A stretch of 64,000 nt of DNA from Candidatus Latescibacterota bacterium (GTDB lineage Bacteria; Latescibacterota; UBA2968; GCA-2709665). The position numbers and the translations under genes are program-made. This document shows, in pieces, positions 28,574 to 38,614 of this stretch; positions within the stretch are counted from its first letter, which is position 1; each line of letters opens with the position of its first letter. The notes below the pieces were generated by a model, which searched no databases, was not told where the DNA came from, and was given only the letters and a program-made list of their open reading frames with translations. The stretch lies in assembly GCA_965219455.1 (NCBI GenBank), contig OZ244744.1, forward strand, positions 5,408,001 through 5,472,000, given 5' to 3'.

Positions 28574-28589
28574 AAGGATATATATCCTT
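28574..28589. promoter_or_regulatory. Perfect 16-bp palindrome AAGGATATATATCCTT
   Basis: Self-complementary; lies in the short AT-rich gap before the MFP gene. Confidence 0.4.
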
Positions 28590-28604
28590 TTAGCGAGGTG
28601 CGTT

Positions 28605-29684
28605 TTGAATCGACGACTCACTGAATTCTACATGCTATTCATCGGTATTTCTTCGCTGTCGGGCTGCGGCGGGCAAACCGAACAGCGGTCCGTCGATCTG
28701 ACCGTCCCCGTTACGGTTCAGGCGGTACGGCTGGACACTATGGAAGCGACGGTGGGGGCCACGGGCACGCTCCGGTCCTCTAAAGAAGCTCGAATTCTAA
28801 CCGAGGTCGAGGGTATTCTTCGATTTGTCGCACGGGACGGCGGGGGAAGGCCGGCGGAGGGTATGCGGGTAACCCGAAACCAGGAAATCGCCCGTCTGGT
28901 GAACAAGGAACTCGTAGTGAATGCCCGCATTGAATCCCGGTCGCTTGCCAGGTCCGCTGCGAAGCGAACGCTTCGTGAACATGAAGTACTGGTTGAACGC
29001 AAGCTGGGTACGGAGAAAGATCTCGACGAAGCACGCCGCGCACTTGCCGAGGCCGAATCAAATTATGAAGACGCCCTCGTTCAGATCGCCAAGACGACGA
29101 TTCGTACACCAATCACCGGCTTTCTAACGGGATTGGCCGACATTACCGACGGTACACTCGTAGAAGCCCGTACGACCATTGCGACGGTGATGGATTACAG
29201 CCGTGTGTTCGTCGACCTTAAGATACCGAACGCCCATATCTCTTCGGTTTCGCCGGGTCAGGTTGTGCGTGTGGAGAACTATGCCCTGCCCAACCGGTTG
29301 TTTCTGGGGACCATCAAGGTGGTGGATCCGGCGATCGATCCGACGACCCGTACGTTCCGGGTGGTGGGGGTTGTGAAGAATCCGGACCTGATATTGCGGC
29401 CGGGCATGTTCGTGAAAGCGGAGATTGTCACGGAGTCACACGAAAACGCGGTGGTGATCCCGCGCCTCTTTGTCCTGACCCGCCAGAATCGCAAGGTGGT
29501 GTTCGTTGAAGAGGAGGGGAGGGCGCAGATGCGCAACGTGGTATTGGGGTTGGAGGGGTCGGAGCGGGTCGAGATTCTCGAGGGGCTTGAACCGGGGGAG
29601 CGCCTCATTACCAGCAACTACGAGACCCTGCGGCCCCGTACGCGCGTACGGGTAACCGGCGAGGGAGTGCCGGGGCAGCGATAG
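28605..29684 (+). CDS. RND membrane fusion (periplasmic adaptor) lipoprotein
   Basis: Lipobox LSGC; IRTPITG, PAIDPTTRT, LRPGMFV, GLEPGE; TTG start after GAGGTG. Confidence 0.92.
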   Translation: MNRRLTEFYMLFIGISSLSGCGGQTEQRSVDLTVPVTVQAVRLDTMEATVGATGTLRSSKEARILTEVEGILRFVARDGGGRPAEGMRVTRNQEIARLVNKELVVNARIESRSLARSAAKRTLREHEVLVERKLGTEKDLDEARRALAEAESNYEDALVQIAKTTIRTPITGFLTGLADITDGTLVEARTTIATVMDYSRVFVDLKIPNAHISSVSPGQVVRVENYALPNRLFLGTIKVVDPAIDPTTRTFRVVGVVKNPDLILRPGMFVKAEIVTESHENAVVIPRLFVLTRQNRKVVFVEEEGRAQMRNVVLGLEGSERVEILEGLEPGERLITSNYETLRPRTRVRVTGEGVPGQR

Positions 29685-29920
29685 TTCCAGGGGCCGGATG
29701 TACCCGATATGTGGACCCGCAACGAATTCGAAAGATCCCGTCCGCGCCGATATATCAACAGAAAAAAACCTGTGAGTTCTCGTTTGGACCCCTCTGGGGC
29801 CCAGGGACTGCGTATGGGCCTTCCGGAGGGTTATTTTTGGCCCAACGCGTCGGGGCTCACATTCGTATGAGTATCCGGCAATAAAACACCTGGATAAACT
29901 TCTATCAAAGAGCTGATACG

Positions 29921-32900
29921 ATGTCTTTGCCCGAATTCTCGATAAAATATCCGGTGACGGTTGCAATGGCCACGCTGGCGGTCGCGCTCCTGGGTTGGAT
30001 CTCGCTGGCGCGGCTGGACGTGGATCTGTTGCCCGACCTGCGTTCTCCCGTGATCACTGTCGACCTGCGTTTTCCGGGTAAGACTCCCAGGGAAATGGAG
30101 GAGCGTTATGCGCAGCGGCTCGAAGGGGATATCGGTACGGTGCGCCATGTCAAGCGGGTACATTCAGTGTCTCGCTCCGGGCAGGCCGTGGTGATCGCGG
30201 AATTTGAATGGGACGCGGATATGGATTTCGCCCTGCTCGACGTGCAAAAAAAAGTGGCGCGTTACGCAGCGGATCCGGATATCACGAGTCTGGACGTGAC
30301 TCAGGAAGACCCTCAGGCGCTGCCGGTGATGCGCCTGGCCGTCTCCGGAGCGGATTGGCAGGATCCGGACGAATTGCTGGGCAGCGTGGAAACGATAATA
30401 AGGCCGAAACTTGAAGGGTTCTCCGGGGTGGCTTCGGTTGAAATCGAAGGGGGGGCGGAGAAGGAGATCCATGTCACGCTGGATTCCTATCTTCTGCAGG
30501 CCTTTGGTGTCAATTCCGAAACGGTCGTCTCGCGGATTCGTGAGGCGAATTCGGATGTCTCCGGGGGAACGTTGAAGGACGGACAACGTTCCTTTCTGGT
30601 CAAGGGTCTGGGACGTCTGACCGGTTTGCAGGACGTGAACAACCTGGTTGTGGGTGAGCGCGGAGGCGGAACGGCGAACGGCCAGGAAGACGCCCCAACC
30701 CAGCGGGTGCCCGTCACGGTTAGCGACGTGGGTACCGTGGCTCTACGATACAAGGAAAGGGAAACCATCGTGCGGCTCGACGGCATGGAGTGCGTCGGGC
30801 TTTCCGTTTACAAAGAAGCGGGTGCGAATACCTCGTCGGTGGCCAAAGGGGTTCTTCAAGAACTGGGAAGCCTTGAGTCCGACCTGGCCGGCATTCGGTT
30901 TACGGTGGTGGAAAATCAGGCACGTTTTGTTGAACGCGCGGTAAACGAAGTGGAAGAAGCGGCTGTTTTCGGTGCGTTACTGGCCGTGGGCGTGCTGCTG
31001 GCTGCGCTACGGCAGTGGACAGCCACACTGGTGATTGGACTTGCCATTCCGATTTCCGTACTGGCCACCTTCACGCTGATGTATTTCCAGGGGTTGACGT
31101 TGAATGTGATGACCCTGGGCGGGTTGGCGTTGGGGGCAGGCATGCTGGTTGATAACGCCATTGTCGTGATCGAAAACATCTACCGGCACCTCGAACGGGG
31201 GGAAACGGCCGCCGAAGCCTCCATCAGAGGCGCGAGCGAGGTCGGGGTCGCCATTCTGGCCTCCACGCTTACCACGGTGTCCGTGTTTCTGCCCATCGTC
31301 TATCTTCAAGGGTTGGCTGGCGAACTCTTCAAGGAGCAGGCCTGGACGGTAGCGTTTTCGCTGATTTCGTCTCTTGCGGTGGCCATGACTGTGGTTCCGA
31401 TGTTGACCGCCCGGCTTTTCGGGCGGTATCCTCGCCGATCCGCAAGAGGCGCCGGCTCGGCCACGTTCAGGCGCTTTCTGGGTGGATCACTCAGCCACAA
31501 GGGCCGCACGTTGGCGGTGCTTGCCGCTTGTCTTCTGGCCGCCGTCTACATGGCCGGGTCGATCCATACGTCTTTTATACCCGGGGAAGACGAGGGTGTG
31601 CTTCACGTGGACCTCTCGCTCCCGGAGGGCACGAGGCTCGAGTCAACGGACCGGGTGGCGAGACGCGTTGCCGCAATCACACAGGCGGTCACCGGAGAGG
31701 AAGCCCGTCACATTTACCTCCGCGTGGGAAACGATCCGAACCGGTTGACGGCCGTGGGAGAACCCACCGGCCCGAACAGGGCCGAGCTGACGGTGGTGCT
31801 GGTGCAGCGAACGGACCGGCGCAGTCTCTCCGAACTCACCGCCGCGCTGGATACGGCCATTCGGGAAGTGCCGGATATTAAGGTAAACTATCGCCTTCAA
31901 AAGGCTGCATTAGAAGGACTTATCGGTGGAGATGCCGCACCGGTTCAAGTCGAGGTCAGCGGAGAGAACCTGGATTTACTCCGGGAACTGACGGCAGATC
32001 TGAAACGGCGCATGGAAGCGTTACCCACGGTGTATAATGTACGAACCAGCTTCCAGGATGGTCAGCCCGAAGTGGACGTGGTGTTGCGGCCGGACGTCAC
32101 GGCGGCGTTTGGTCTCACGTCACAGAACCTCGTACGCGAACTCGAGCGCAGACTGGCAGGTGAGGAAGCCGGGGAACTCTCCAAAGACCAGCGGGCGCGA
32201 ACCATCCGGGTGGGTTTCGAAGATGTTGATCTTCGCGAGTTGAAACACACAAGAATTGACGGTCCCGACGGGGCGATGCTCACACTGGGAGATCTCGCCG
32301 ACTTGCGCGTTGTCCAGGGGCCGCGGGAGATTTTGCGTGACGGTCAGCGCCGGGTGGGTAGGGTATCCGCTTATCTGACCGACGGGGTGGTGTTGAGCCA
32401 GGCGGCAACGCAGATCAGACAGGCGGTGGGACAGATGGCCGTTCCGAACGGATATCGGGTGATCGTTACAGGCGAGGAACGGGAGCGGGCCGAGTCATTT
32501 GGCGGCCTGCAATTCGCCCTTTTGCTGTCGGTGGTGCTCGTATATATGGTAATGGCTTCGCTTTTTGAGTCTTTGCTCCATCCGTTTACCGTGATGCTGA
32601 CAGTGCCGCTGGCAGGCATCGGGGTGGTGTTCGCATTCTGGAGCCTTGGAGAAGCGTTTGGCGTAATGGCATTCATCGGAGCAATCATGCTGGGAGGAAT
32701 CGCGGTGAACGACGCCATCATTATGGTGGACCGCATCAACCAGCTGCGGCGCGATACGGACGACTTGAGACAGGCGGTTCTCCAGGGTGCGCAGGATCGG
32801 CTGCGTCCGATCCTGATGACCAGCGCCACAACCATTCTTGCGCTGTTACCCATGGCGGTGGGGGTCGGCGAAGGCGCCCGTTTGCGGACGCCGATGGCGG

Positions 32901-33004
32901 TGGCGGTTATCGGCGGGCTGGTGACGTCCACGCTGATGACCCTTGTGGTGATTCCTGTGGTTTACGAATTGATCGAACGGCTCAGAATCAGGAGAGCGTC
33001 GTGA
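29921..33004 (+). CDS. RND (AcrB/NolG-like) permease
   Basis: PVTVAM, DLLP, LNVMTLGGLALGAGMLVDNAIVV, RLRPILMT. Confidence 0.95.
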   Translation: MSLPEFSIKYPVTVAMATLAVALLGWISLARLDVDLLPDLRSPVITVDLRFPGKTPREMEERYAQRLEGDIGTVRHVKRVHSVSRSGQAVVIAEFEWDADMDFALLDVQKKVARYAADPDITSLDVTQEDPQALPVMRLAVSGADWQDPDELLGSVETIIRPKLEGFSGVASVEIEGGAEKEIHVTLDSYLLQAFGVNSETVVSRIREANSDVSGGTLKDGQRSFLVKGLGRLTGLQDVNNLVVGERGGGTANGQEDAPTQRVPVTVSDVGTVALRYKERETIVRLDGMECVGLSVYKEAGANTSSVAKGVLQELGSLESDLAGIRFTVVENQARFVERAVNEVEEAAVFGALLAVGVLLAALRQWTATLVIGLAIPISVLATFTLMYFQGLTLNVMTLGGLALGAGMLVDNAIVVIENIYRHLERGETAAEASIRGASEVGVAILASTLTTVSVFLPIVYLQGLAGELFKEQAWTVAFSLISSLAVAMTVVPMLTARLFGRYPRRSARGAGSATFRRFLGGSLSHKGRTLAVLAACLLAAVYMAGSIHTSFIPGEDEGVLHVDLSLPEGTRLESTDRVARRVAAITQAVTGEEARHIYLRVGNDPNRLTAVGEPTGPNRAELTVVLVQRTDRRSLSELTAALDTAIREVPDIKVNYRLQKAALEGLIGGDAAPVQVEVSGENLDLLRELTADLKRRMEALPTVYNVRTSFQDGQPEVDVVLRPDVTAAFGLTSQNLVRELERRLAGEEAGELSKDQRARTIRVGFEDVDLRELKHTRIDGPDGAMLTLGDLADLRVVQGPREILRDGQRRVGRVSAYLTDGVVLSQAATQIRQAVGQMAVPNGYRVIVTGEERERAESFGGLQFALLLSVVLVYMVMASLFESLLHPFTVMLTVPLAGIGVVFAFWSLGEAFGVMAFIGAIMLGGIAVNDAIIMVDRINQLRRDTDDLRQAVLQGAQDRLRPILMTSATTILALLPMAVGVGEGARLRTPMAVAVIGGLVTSTLMTLVVIPVVYELIERLRIRRAS

Positions 33005-36000
33005 TTCTCCCCGATCTTGCGGTACGGCGGCCAGTGACGACGTCCATGTTTTTCGCTGCGTTCGCCATATTGGGTGTCGTATCGTGGACCCGGCTTCCGG
33101 TACAGCTCTTTCCCGAGCTGATTTTTCCCGAAGTTTTCGTTACGCTCTCGCTGCCGGGGGCCGCTCCGGAACAGGTTGAAAGGGACCTGGTGATTCCCGC
33201 CGAAGGGGAGATCGGCAAGCTGGACGGGGTCCGGGAGATGGAGTCGTTTGCTATGGCCAATATGGGTGGCATAAGAATTTCCTATGCCCCGGACGTGGAT
33301 ATGAAATTCGCCCTGCTTCAGCTGCAAAGCAACCTGAACAGGTTGCAGCCGACGCTGCCCGAACGTACGCAAACGGATGTACAGAGGTTCGATTCTACAG
33401 ATCTGAGCAGCAGTATCATGGAGCTTCACGTGCTTGCCGATTGGGATCTGAACCAGCTACGGGAGTTCACGGAGGAAAAAATCCGTCCTGAATTGGAGTC
33501 TATCGACGGTGTTGTGAATGTGTCCGTAATGGGCGGGCGGCGCAGCGCCGTGGAAATCGTCCTGGATCCGTTGCTGCTGGAGGCGCATGGCCTTTCCATC
33601 GCACAGGTACGGGGACGCATGAACAACTATAACCGGCGACGTGAGTACCTCGGCCGCGTATACGACGGGAATCGGGCTTACTCGGTGAGCATTCAGGGAC
33701 AGTTTACCGACCTGCGCCAGATTCGGGATCTTGTGTTGAACGCGGACGGTACACTCAGACTTGGCGACGTTTCCCGGGTGGGATACGGACTTCAGGAACA
33801 GGCCGATCGCCACAGAGTCAACGGCAAACCATCGGTGGGGGTCCGAGTTCAGAAGGACGACGACGCGAATCTGGTCGAGGTGGCCACCGCTGTAGAAGCG
33901 GCCATTGGACAGCTGAATCGGAATTTCAAGAGCGAGGGTGTGGAATTGGGCGTGAGTTCGTCTCAGGCGGACCTGATGACCGGGGCGCTTTCCACCCTGA
34001 AACAGGCGGCCATTGTCGGCGCTGTCCTCGGACTGATCGTGCTCTTTCTGTTTCTTCGGAACCTTCGTTTTGTCTCGGTCCTCCTTCTGGCCATTCCGGT
34101 TTCTCTCCTGATGACCTTTAATCTGATGTACCTGGGGGGACTATCCGTGAACGTCCTGTCGCTTTGCGGCCTGGCCCTCGCGATGGGAATGCTCGCGGAC
34201 AACGGCATCGTGGTGATGGAAAATATCTTCAAGCACTACGAGCGTGGAAAACCGCCGGCCCAGGCGGCGCGGGAGGGGACGGCCGAGGTTGGGCGCGCGG
34301 TGGTCGCGGCAACCGCCACCACCGTTACCGCTTTCCTGCCCGTTCTGTTTATCGAGAGCGACGCGAGGGACCTGCTGCGCGAACTGGCGTTGTCCATGGC
34401 GTTTCCACTTATGGCATCACTGCTGGTCGCGCTGACGCTTGTACCGGCCCTTGCCGTCCGCGCATTGAGCCGCGAGGTCCGGCAACCGCCTGACGTCCGC
34501 GGCTTACTCGAACAGTATACGCTACTGTTGAAGGCGGCTCTGCGGCACCGCGTGTCGGTCGCCATGTCAGTAGGGGGCGCGCTCGCGCTGACACTCGTCG
34601 TGGCCTTCTTCTTCCTGCTACAGCAGCAGGTACGGCGAGAGGAGACGCGATTTACGGTTTACGTGAACCTTCCGCAGGGGGCCACACTGGATGCCACCGA
34701 TGAGGTCGCTAAACAGGTGGAAGAATCTGTGAGGGACGTGCCCGGGCTGGACCGGTTTACGACGTCGGTTCAGGAGGCCGAGGCAAACGTTACCGTCCTG
34801 CTGGGAAAGCGTACTGACCGGCCGGGCGGCATCTCGCTGGATGAAATCAAAGAGCAACTCGACGAAAAACTGCAGAACGTGCAGGGCGGTGTGGTCGGAT
34901 ACGAGCCCAGGCCGCGGGCAGGGAGGGGCGGTCGCGGGCAGGGGATAGGGCAGCGTCGGAGGCGCAGTTCCGGTGGTTTCGATCTGACGGGGGCCACGCC
35001 GAACGAGCAGGCCGTGGTTCGAGGATACGATTTTACAATACTCACGATGATCGCCAACGACATGGTGTACCGCCTTGAGGAACTGGAGGAGGTGGATGCC
35101 AACAGCGTACGCGCTGACGCCGAACGGAGTTCGCCGGAGGTTCAGGTGATTCCCGATGCAGCGGCCCTGTTCGACCGGCGGCTCGGGGCACAGGAGGTAC
35201 TGGCTGCCATGGGAGACACCCGCTTTGACGGATTCCGCACCACCGTACCGTTTCTGCTGCCCGACGCAACCGAGGTACCCATCGAAGTGCGTACGATTGA
35301 AGAGGAGGACCGCGACCGCTACGGGCTGGCTGAATTCAAACGCTCCCGCATTCTCAACCAGGAGGGGCAGTACGTGTCTCTGGACGAAGTCGCGCGGGTT
35401 CGAACGGACGAGGGCAGAAGCAGCCTGTTGCGGACCGACCAGGCCCGTCGGATTGTGGTTTCCTACCAATTTCCTTCGGAAATTCTGGATTCACAGCCAC
35501 GGTTGGATGTTGCGAGACGGTCCGTGCGGACGACTCTGCAGGATATGGTGCTGCCGGAGGGCTATTCTATCGAGACAATCGAGGCGCAGGAAGAGACGAT
35601 TTACTATTGGATGATGGGAATTGCCGCGGTGCTCATCTACATGATTCTGGCCTCGCTGTTTGAATCTTTCGCGTCTCCGGTCATCATTCTATGTACGTTG
35701 CCGCCCGCGGCCATCGGCTCCTGTTGGGCGCTGATGGCGTCGGGCACGGGTCTGAGCCAGCAGGAGGGCCCCATGGCGCTTCTGGGCCTTATTGTCCTGC
35801 TGGGTATCGCCGTGAATAACGGAATCATCCTGATTGACGCGGTCGGCGTGCTCAGGTCCCGTTTCGGATATCGCAGGGAACGTGCTGTACTGACCGCGGC
35901 AAGGTCCCGAGTGCGACCCATATTGATGACGACGGCCACAACGCTTCTGGGCGTTCTTCCGCTCGCGCTGGAATTCGGTGGTGATTTTGAAATCTGGCCG

Positions 36001-37713
36001 CCGTTTGCAATCACCGTTCTGGGTGGCTTGTCGGTTTCCATGGTATCCACACTGATCCTGATTCCGGTCGTTTACATGGGGCTGGATCAGATCGGAGCCT
36101 GGCTGGCCGACATGGGGTTTGTCGGCGTCACGCTCTCCCTGCTGGCTACCGCTGCGGCCGGCTACGGCGTATATACCCGATATGAAAGCATTTTCTGGGC
36201 AGCCCTGTCGATATTGCCCATCTGGTGCGCGTTCCTGGCGGCGGTGTGGATCGTCCTGAAGGTGCATCGCGCTCGAGTCGACGCCCGTCGGGCGTCGAGC
36301 GCCGTGTATTCCATTCAACTCAGGAATCTGACCAAAATCTACGGCGCACCCGGGCGTTTTGGCCGGGAGTGGGCGCGCAACGAGCGTCGGAGAGGGCGGT
36401 TAATGGAATTGGGATTGGATCCGCAGGACCGCAAAGCGGTTCGTGATGCTCTCCTCTGGAAGCTGCCGTTGCTCGCCCTGTTGGTGTTTTTTACCTCCTA
36501 TTTCGAGGACGAAATCTGGATCTATCTGCACGGGTTGGCGCTTGCATTCATGCTGGCACACGTGGGTCGACGTTTCGGCGACCTCTGGCGAGGGCGTTTG
36601 TCGGCGCCGGTGGACCGCATCGGAGACTTTCTGCACAAAGTCGCTCTACCACTGGGGTTTATGGCTTATGCGCACTGGCGGCTGAACTTGCTTTCCGTCA
36701 CCATTGCAACCTTCGGATTGTGGGCCGCCTATCGTCTGGCGCGATGGCTCGCGGACAAGGTGCGGACTGGCGAGATAAATCTCGATGACCTGCCCGGGCG
36801 TTTTGCACGGGCGCGCCGATGGTTTTATCGGATGCCATCGGCCCTGCCCCTTATCGGTGTTCCCCGCCCGGAATTTCGGGCGCTGGCTGGCGTCAACCTG
36901 GAAATCGGCAGGGGAATGTTCGGTCTTTTGGGCCCCAATGGCGCCGGTAAGACCACGTTGATGCGTATTCTTTGTCGGGTCCTCGAACCCAGCTACGGGT
37001 CGATTCAGATCGATGGTCGAAACATCTTGAGGAAGGGTTCGATTCATGGTCTGATCGGGTACCTTCCGCAGCACTTCGGCAACTACGAACATCTCTCCGC
37101 ATACGAATTTCTGGAATACCGGGCGCTGCTGGAAGGCTATAAGGACCGCAAGATTCGCGAGAGGCGGGTGATCGAATCTCTGGAACAGGTAAATCTGATC
37201 GAACGCAAGGAAGATCCGATCGGGTCTTTCTCAGGGGGAATGAAGCAGCGACTTGGCATCGCACAGACCCTCTTGCACACCCCGATGATCGTGGTGGTGG
37301 ACGAGCCCACTGCGGGGCTCGATCCGCTGGAGCGTATCCGGTTTCGCAACCTGCTCGCCCGCTTGAGTCAGGATCGGATCGTCATTTTTTCCACGCACAT
37401 TGTGGAAGATATCTCCGGAAGCTGCAATCGACTGGCGGTACTGGATCAGGGGCGTCTTCTGTATACGGGAACGCCGGAGGAGATGAGAAATCTGGCGGAG
37501 GGACGGGTTTGGGACGCGGTGGTTTCGGAACAGCACTTTTCCGAATTGGAAGAAAAACTGAAGCTCATATCACACCAGCGAGCGTCAGACGGCGTCCGAA
37601 TGCGATTCTTGTCCGAACGTCCACCGGTTGGCTTCGGCGCGCAGAGCGTGGATCCAACCCTGGAAGACGCGTATCTCTACCTTCTTGGCGGAGGAGAGGA
37701 ACAGCCGTGCTGA
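33001..37713 (+). CDS. RND permease fused to extra TM helices and a C-terminal ABC ATPase
   Basis: Continuous 1570-aa ORF: RND motifs (GMLADNGIVV, RVRPILMT), then GPNGAGKTT, FSGGMKQR, VVDEPT, STH. Confidence 0.92.
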   Translation: MILPDLAVRRPVTTSMFFAAFAILGVVSWTRLPVQLFPELIFPEVFVTLSLPGAAPEQVERDLVIPAEGEIGKLDGVREMESFAMANMGGIRISYAPDVDMKFALLQLQSNLNRLQPTLPERTQTDVQRFDSTDLSSSIMELHVLADWDLNQLREFTEEKIRPELESIDGVVNVSVMGGRRSAVEIVLDPLLLEAHGLSIAQVRGRMNNYNRRREYLGRVYDGNRAYSVSIQGQFTDLRQIRDLVLNADGTLRLGDVSRVGYGLQEQADRHRVNGKPSVGVRVQKDDDANLVEVATAVEAAIGQLNRNFKSEGVELGVSSSQADLMTGALSTLKQAAIVGAVLGLIVLFLFLRNLRFVSVLLLAIPVSLLMTFNLMYLGGLSVNVLSLCGLALAMGMLADNGIVVMENIFKHYERGKPPAQAAREGTAEVGRAVVAATATTVTAFLPVLFIESDARDLLRELALSMAFPLMASLLVALTLVPALAVRALSREVRQPPDVRGLLEQYTLLLKAALRHRVSVAMSVGGALALTLVVAFFFLLQQQVRREETRFTVYVNLPQGATLDATDEVAKQVEESVRDVPGLDRFTTSVQEAEANVTVLLGKRTDRPGGISLDEIKEQLDEKLQNVQGGVVGYEPRPRAGRGGRGQGIGQRRRRSSGGFDLTGATPNEQAVVRGYDFTILTMIANDMVYRLEELEEVDANSVRADAERSSPEVQVIPDAAALFDRRLGAQEVLAAMGDTRFDGFRTTVPFLLPDATEVPIEVRTIEEEDRDRYGLAEFKRSRILNQEGQYVSLDEVARVRTDEGRSSLLRTDQARRIVVSYQFPSEILDSQPRLDVARRSVRTTLQDMVLPEGYSIETIEAQEETIYYWMMGIAAVLIYMILASLFESFASPVIILCTLPPAAIGSCWALMASGTGLSQQEGPMALLGLIVLLGIAVNNGIILIDAVGVLRSRFGYRRERAVLTAARSRVRPILMTTATTLLGVLPLALEFGGDFEIWPPFAITVLGGLSVSMVSTLILIPVVYMGLDQIGAWLADMGFVGVTLSLLATAAAGYGVYTRYESIFWAALSILPIWCAFLAAVWIVLKVHRARVDARRASSAVYSIQLRNLTKIYGAPGRFGREWARNERRRGRLMELGLDPQDRKAVRDALLWKLPLLALLVFFTSYFEDEIWIYLHGLALAFMLAHVGRRFGDLWRGRLSAPVDRIGDFLHKVALPLGFMAYAHWRLNLLSVTIATFGLWAAYRLARWLADKVRTGEINLDDLPGRFARARRWFYRMPSALPLIGVPRPEFRALAGVNLEIGRGMFGLLGPNGAGKTTLMRILCRVLEPSYGSIQIDGRNILRKGSIHGLIGYLPQHFGNYEHLSAYEFLEYRALLEGYKDRKIRERRVIESLEQVNLIERKEDPIGSFSGGMKQRLGIAQTLLHTPMIVVVDEPTAGLDPLERIRFRNLLARLSQDRIVIFSTHIVEDISGSCNRLAVLDQGRLLYTGTPEEMRNLAEGRVWDAVVSEQHFSELEEKLKLISHQRASDGVRMRFLSERPPVGFGAQSVDPTLEDAYLYLLGGGEEQPC

Positions 37714-38429
37714 ACTGGCGAGAATTGCTGCTGACCACGTGGCGGCTCTATCGGCTTAGCTGCAGGATCATATTTCACAGGAAGTTGATGTTCATGGCCA
37801 TTGGTGTTCTTGTCTATTACGCCGCCATGTATGCATTTGCAGTCTGGCGCCCCAGCGAAGGATTCGGCGTATCGCGAGCGCTCAATGTTCTGGTTGAAAT
37901 TCCCGGCATCGCCCTGGCCATTTATCTGACGATGGATCTCGTTGCAGGCGAACGCGATAGAAATACACTGGAGACGCTATTCAGTACAACCTCGTCCCAC
38001 TATAAAATATGGGCGATTCGGATGGTCGGAGTTTATCTGGTGTTGGCGGGAACCCTGATGGGAATGACGGTTGCCGCCTATTTCTTATTTGCGGAATTGC
38101 CGATATTCCGGGGTGGGTTGAATGCGTTTCTGCCAGCGTGTTTCACCGCGGGGCTTACGTTTTACTTTTCCGTTCTCTGTCGAAGCGGCAATGCGGCCGC
38201 GATGCTCGCTACCGGAGTGATGGGCCTGACTCTGTTCATCTCGGAATCCATGCCAGATTCTCCATTCACGCTTTTTCTGAGTACGTTTGATCCCCCGGTG
38301 GGTATGGAAGGCACCCTGTGGGGCGACCAGGTGCTGCTGAATCGCCTGGCTGTACTGATGCTGTCGGGATTGCTGCTTTTTATGGGCCTGCGCAAGATGG
38401 AAGCCAGGGAGCGATTGGTATCTTCGTAG
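37707..38429 (+). CDS. ABC-2 type permease
   Basis: About 6 TM helices; ERDRNTLETLFST motif; GTG 37707 overlaps the upstream gene. Confidence 0.85.
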   Translation: MLNWRELLLTTWRLYRLSCRIIFHRKLMFMAIGVLVYYAAMYAFAVWRPSEGFGVSRALNVLVEIPGIALAIYLTMDLVAGERDRNTLETLFSTTSSHYKIWAIRMVGVYLVLAGTLMGMTVAAYFLFAELPIFRGGLNAFLPACFTAGLTFYFSVLCRSGNAAAMLATGVMGLTLFISESMPDSPFTLFLSTFDPPVGMEGTLWGDQVLLNRLAVLMLSGLLLFMGLRKMEARERLVSS

Positions 38430-38614
38430 CGGTATGTGATTCCGCCCCGGATGAACCGATCGTACGCCACACGGCCACGGATTCCGAATCCGGTCGACGA
38501 CACGGCATTATCAGGTCGTCGTCACGGGCGGAATCTGCGGAGCGCGCCACTTTAGGTTGGACATGTCACCGATCTGATGCGCGAGACACCGGCCGGGATT
38601 CTCGCCCGCCGATG

